A stretch of 2,257 nt of DNA from Escherichia coli (GTDB lineage: Bacteria; Pseudomonadota; Gammaproteobacteria; Enterobacterales; Enterobacteriaceae): NCBI RefSeq assembly GCF_003334335.1, contig NZ_QOWQ01000091.1, one strand, 5' to 3'. A program made the translations under genes and the position numbers. How positions within the stretch are numbered: the first letter of the stretch is position 1; every line of letters starts with the position of its first letter. A model generated the notes under the pieces. It saw only the letters and a program-made list of their open reading frames with translations, was not told where the DNA came from and searched no databases. Positions 1 to 2,257 of the stretch are shown in pieces.

Positions 1-468
1 CGTACCATTCAGAACTGGCAGGAACAGGGAATGCCCGTTCTGCGAGGCGGTGGCAAGGGTAATGAGGTGCTTTATGACTCTGCCGCCGTCATAAAATGGT
101 ATGCCGAAAGGGATGCTGAAATTGAGAACGAAAAGCTGCGCCGGGAGGTTGAAGAACTGCGGCAGGCCAGCGAGGCAGATCTCCAGCCAGGGACTATTGA
201 GTACGAACGCCATCGACTTACGCGTGCGCAGGCCGACGCACAGGAACTGAAGAATGCCAGAGACTCCGCTGAAGTGGTGGAAACCGCATTCTGTACTTTC
301 GTGTTGTCGCGGATCGCAGGTGAAATTGCCAGTATTCTCGACGGGATCCCCCTGTCGGTGCAGCGGCGTTTTCCGGAACTGGAAAACCGACATGTTGATT
401 TCCTGAAACGGGATATCATCAAAGCCATGAACAAAGCAGCCGCGCTGGATGAACTGATACCGTTATGA
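1..468 (+). CDS. nu1: Terminase small subunit Nu1 (lambda-like), 5' end outside window, 3' end truncated at a deletion junction
   Basis: Frame 1 is open from position 1 (cgt acc att cag aac tgg = RTIQNW), which precedes the ORF-track start at 31 and shows the gene enters from upstream. The translation ...IRTIQNWQEQGMPVLRGGGKGNEVLYDSAAVIKWYAERDAEIENEKLRREVEELRQASEADLQPGTIEYERHRLTRAQADAQELKNARDSAEVVETAFCTFVLSRIAGEIASILDGIPLSVQRRFPELENRHVDFLKRDIIKAMNKAAALDELIP matches lambda gpNu1 as I recall it, from about residue 17 to about residue 150. The last codons are ccg tta tga (P L stop, 460-468), whereas lambda Nu1 continues ...PGLLSEYIEQSG, so roughly 30 C-terminal residues are missing. Identity is from memory, not a search. 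Confidence 0.85.
   Translation, partial: RTIQNWQEQGMPVLRGGGKGNEVLYDSAAVIKWYAERDAEIENEKLRREVEELRQASEADLQPGTIEYERHRLTRAQADAQELKNARDSAEVVETAFCTFVLSRIAGEIASILDGIPLSVQRRFPELENRHVDFLKRDIIKAMNKAAALDELIPL
461..464. other. Deletion/recombination junction fusing nu1 (upstream) to an internal site of lom (downstream)
   Basis: Nu1-homologous sequence ends at ...gaactgatacc(g) at about 462. From about 463 the sequence ttatgagtttacggatacgctggggctggtgacg reads in a different frame (458 onward) as YRYEFTDTLGLVTSF, which is internal Lom sequence. The exact breakpoint is ambiguous by 1-2 nt (the cg at 461-462 could belong to either parent). Confidence 0.7.
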
Positions 469-895
469 GTTTACGGATACGCTGGGGCTGGTGACGTCAT
501 TCAGCTATGCAGGAGACAAGAATCGCCAGCTGACCCATTACAGCGATACCCGCTGGCATGAAGATTCCGTTCGTAACCGCTGGTTCAGCGTAATGGCGGG
601 GCCGTCTGTGCGCGTGAATGAATGGTTCAGCGCGTATGCGATGGCGGGTGTGGCTTACAGCCGTGTGTCGACTTTCTCCGGGGATTATCTCCGCGTAACT
701 GACAACAAGGGGAAAACGCACGACGTGCTGACCGGAAGTGATGACGGTCGCCACAGCAACACGTCTCTGGCGTGGGGAGCTGGCGTGCAGTTTAACCCGA
801 CCGAATCCGTGGCCATTGATATTGCTTATGAAGGCTCCGGCAGTGGCGACTGGCGCACTGACGGTTTCATCGTGGGTGTCGGTTATAAGTTCTGA
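463..895 (+). pseudogene. lom: 5'-truncated lom fragment (Ail/Lom-family outer-membrane beta-barrel protein) lacking signal peptide and native start; the ORF track reports it as 491..895 with a GTG start
   Basis: The frame opens after a TGA at 455-457 and reads YRYEFTDTLGLVTSFSYAGDKNRQLTHYSDTRWHEDSVRNRWFSVMAGPSVRVNEWFSAYAMAGVAYSRVSTFSGDYLRVTDNKGKTHDVLTGSDDGRHSNTSLAWGAGVQFNPTESVAIDIAYEGSGSGDWRTDGFIVGVGYKF, then stop TGA at 893-895. This matches the C-terminal ~150 residues of lambda Lom (about 206 aa in my recollection) with a single apparent difference (H where I recall R in QLT[R/H]YSDT). The N-terminal ~55 residues, including the signal peptide, are absent. The C-terminal aromatic residue (..GYKF) is typical of outer-membrane beta-barrels. 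The only in-frame start candidate is GTG at 491, with a weak GGGG 3 nt upstream. Confidence 0.85.
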
Positions 896-921
896 TTAGC
901 CAGGTAACACAGTGTTATGAC

Positions 922-948
922 AGCCCGCCGGTTCAGGCGGGCTTTTTT
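922..948 (+). terminator. Rho-independent (intrinsic) terminator downstream of lom
   Basis: Perfect 8-bp GC-rich inverted repeat, agcccgcc (922-929) and ggcgggct (936-943), with a 6-nt loop ggttca (930-935), followed immediately by a T-run (943-948, tttttt). It lies 27 nt after the lom stop codon. The opposite strand has no U-tract after the stem, so it is unidirectional for + strand transcripts. Confidence 0.75.
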
Positions 949-950
949 GT

Positions 951-955
951 GGGGT
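951..955 (+). promoter_or_regulatory. Putative Shine-Dalgarno sequence for stf
   Basis: ggggt located 4 nt upstream of the ATG at 960; a partial match to the GGAGGT consensus. Confidence 0.4.
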
Positions 956-959
956 GAAT

Positions 960-2257
960 ATGGCAGTAAAGATTTCAGGTGTACTGAAAGACGGCACAGG
1001 AAAACCGGTACAGAACTGCACAATCCAGCTGAAAGCAAAACGTAACAGCACCGCGGTGGTGGTGAACACGCTGGCCTCAGAAAATCCGGATGAAGCCGGG
1101 CGTTACAGCATGGACGTTGAGTACGGTCAGTACAGCGTTATTCTGTTGGTGGAAGGATTCCCGCCGTCACATGCCGGGACCATCACCGTGTATGAAGATT
1201 CCCGACCCGGTACGCTGAATGATTTTCTCGGTGCCATGACGGAGGATGATGCCCGTCCGGAGGCTCTGCGCCGTTTTGAACTGATGGTGGAAGAGGTGGC
1301 GCGTAACGCGTCCGCAGTGGCACAGAACACGGCAGCCGCGAAGAAGTCAGCCAGCGATGCCCGCACATCAGCCCGTGAGGCGGCAACCCATGCGACTGAT
1401 GCTGCAGGCTCAGCACGCGCAGCCAGCACGTCAGCCGGACAGGCCGCGTCGTCGGCTCAGTCAGCGTCTTCCAGCGCAGGAGCGGCATCAACAAAGGCCA
1501 GTGAAGCATCGAAAAGTGCTGCTGCTGCAGAGTCCTCAAAAAGCGCGGCAGCTACCAGTGCCGCTGCGGCGAAAACGTCAGAAACGAATGCGGCAGCGTC
1601 ACAACAATCAGCAGCCACTTCTGCATCCGCCGCGACCACGAAGGCGTCAGAAGCTGCCACCTCAGCCCGGGATGCGGCGGCCTCAAAAGAGGCGGCAAAA
1701 TCATCAGAAACGAGCGCAGCCTCGAGCGCCAGTAGTGCAGCCTCCTCGGCAACAGCGGCAGGAAATTCCGCGAAGGCGGCAAAAACGTCCGAGACGAACG
1801 CTAAGTCTTCTGAGACGGCAGCAGCACAGAGTGCCTCCGCAGCAGCAGACTCAAAAACAGCGGCTGCCTCATCTGCCAGCGCCGCGTCAACAAATGCCGG
1901 GCAGGCCTCAGCCAGTGCCACCGCTGCCGGAAAGTCGGCAGAAAGCGCCGCATCATCCGCTTCAACAGCCACAACGAAGGCTGGCGAAGCCACTGAACAG
2001 GCCACGGCAGCAGCGAGGTCAGCTTCCGCAGCGAAGACATCCGAAACGAACGCGAAAGCGTCGGAAACCAGCGCAGAATCCTCAAAAACGGCTGCCGCAT
2101 CGTCAGCCAGTTCGGCGGCGTCATCGGCATCATCGGCGTCTGCTTCAAAAGATGAGGCGACCAGACAGGCGTCAGCAGCGAAGGGCAGCGCCACGACGGC
2201 ATCCACGAAGGCGACAGAGGCAGCTGGCAGTGCGACGGCGGCAGCTCAGAGCAAAAG
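960..2257 (+). CDS. stf: Side tail fiber protein Stf (lambda-like), N-terminal conserved domain plus Ala/Ser/Thr-rich repeat region; 3' end beyond the window
   Basis: ATG at 960-962 opens a frame with no stop through the window end (432 complete codons), which is why the ORF track omits it. Translation begins MAVKISGVLKDGTGKPVQNCTIQLKAKRNSTAVVVNTLASENPDEAGRYSMDVEYGQYSVILLVEGFPPSHAGTITVYEDSRPGTLNDFLGAMTEDDARPEALRRFELMVEEVARNASAVAQNTAAAKKSA..., which closely matches the N-terminus of lambda Stf and related prophage side tail fibers as I recall them (the prophage tail fibre N-terminal domain). It is followed by a long low-complexity A/S/T/K/E tract with recurring K(T/S)SET(N/S)A motifs. Gene order lom then stf matches lambda. 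Confidence 0.9.
   Translation, partial: MAVKISGVLKDGTGKPVQNCTIQLKAKRNSTAVVVNTLASENPDEAGRYSMDVEYGQYSVILLVEGFPPSHAGTITVYEDSRPGTLNDFLGAMTEDDARPEALRRFELMVEEVARNASAVAQNTAAAKKSASDARTSAREAATHATDAAGSARAASTSAGQAASSAQSASSSAGAASTKASEASKSAAAAESSKSAAATSAAAAKTSETNAAASQQSAATSASAATTKASEAATSARDAAASKEAAKSSETSAASSASSAASSATAAGNSAKAAKTSETNAKSSETAAAQSASAAADSKTAAASSASAASTNAGQASASATAAGKSAESAASSASTATTKAGEATEQATAAARSASAAKTSETNAKASETSAESSKTAAASSASSAASSASSASASKDEATRQASAAKGSATTASTKATEAAGSATAAAQSK
1320..2257 (+). repeat. Degenerate in-frame coding repeats (Ala/Ser/Thr-rich tail-fiber repeat region) within stf
   Basis: The motif AAK-TSETN-A recurs at nt 1572-1589 (aaa acg tca gaa acg aat), 1782-1799 (aaa acg tcc gag acg aac) and 2034-2051 (aag aca tcc gaa acg aac), with KSSET variants at 1698-1712 and 1803-1817. 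Protein composition over this span is dominated by A, S, T, K, E. The repeats are imperfect and irregularly spaced (210 and 252 nt between the three KTSETN copies), not exact tandem copies. Confidence 0.6.

Noticed and set aside
1-30. Possible cos/cosB packaging signals near the start of the window
   Set aside because: In lambda, cosN and cosB lie upstream of the nu1 start codon. The window begins inside nu1 (around codon 17), so these sites would lie outside the window and cannot be assessed.
72-434. Minus-strand ORF of 120 aa
   Set aside because: Completely embedded antisense within the nu1 coding sequence, whose + strand translation matches lambda Nu1; Arg/Ser-rich translation is typical of spurious antisense frames.
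497-754. Minus-strand ORF of 85 aa
   Set aside because: Antisense to the lom fragment; no independent support.
896-959. Possible sigma-70 promoter for stf in the lom-stf spacer (ttagcc at 897-902, tgttat at 913-918)
   Set aside because: The candidate -35 and -10 hexamers are poor matches to consensus and only about 10 nt apart; the spacer is dominated by the terminator hairpin.
1127-1539. Minus-strand ORFs 1127..1429 (100 aa) and 1183..1539 (118 aa)
   Set aside because: Antisense to the conserved N-terminal domain of stf; no recognisable protein features, and they overlap a well-supported gene entirely.
1457-2206. Minus-strand ORF of 249 aa (Ala/Asp-rich), plus overlapping minus-strand ORFs 1801..2202 (133 aa) and 1552..1782 (76 aa)
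   Set aside because: They lie antisense to the stf repeat region. The GC-rich, codon-biased sense strand (GCN/TCN/ACN codons) leaves the complementary frames free of stop codons. The products are extremely low-complexity, and there is no upstream RBS or start context. The + strand stf frame has strong homology support.
1560-2257. Repetitive DNA that might be mistaken for a CRISPR array or a collagen-like domain
   Set aside because: The repeats are degenerate, in-frame and irregularly spaced, with no direct-repeat/spacer architecture. The protein shows no Gly-X-Y periodicity and is Ala/Ser/Thr-rich, like known phage tail-fiber repeat regions.

Overview
This window is a lambda-like (lambdoid) prophage fragment on the + strand, and I see no evidence of a novel system in it. 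It holds three recognisable pieces: (1) the 3' part of a terminase small-subunit gene, nu1, which enters from upstream and ends prematurely at 468; (2) a 5'-truncated lom (Ail/Lom-family outer-membrane protein) fragment fused directly to nu1 at about position 462, ending at 895; (3) an intrinsic terminator, then the start of a side tail fiber gene (stf) at 960 that runs off the 3' end of the window. The stf ORF is absent from the supplied ORF track only because it has no stop codon in the window. The most notable structural feature is the nu1/lom junction. In phage lambda these genes are separated by the whole head and tail morphogenesis block, so this locus looks like a deletion-derived defective prophage remnant. 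All protein identifications rest on my own translation compared with lambda protein sequences recalled from memory; no database search was run. The long minus-strand ORFs over 1127..2206 are antisense artefacts of the Ala/Ser-rich stf repeat region.
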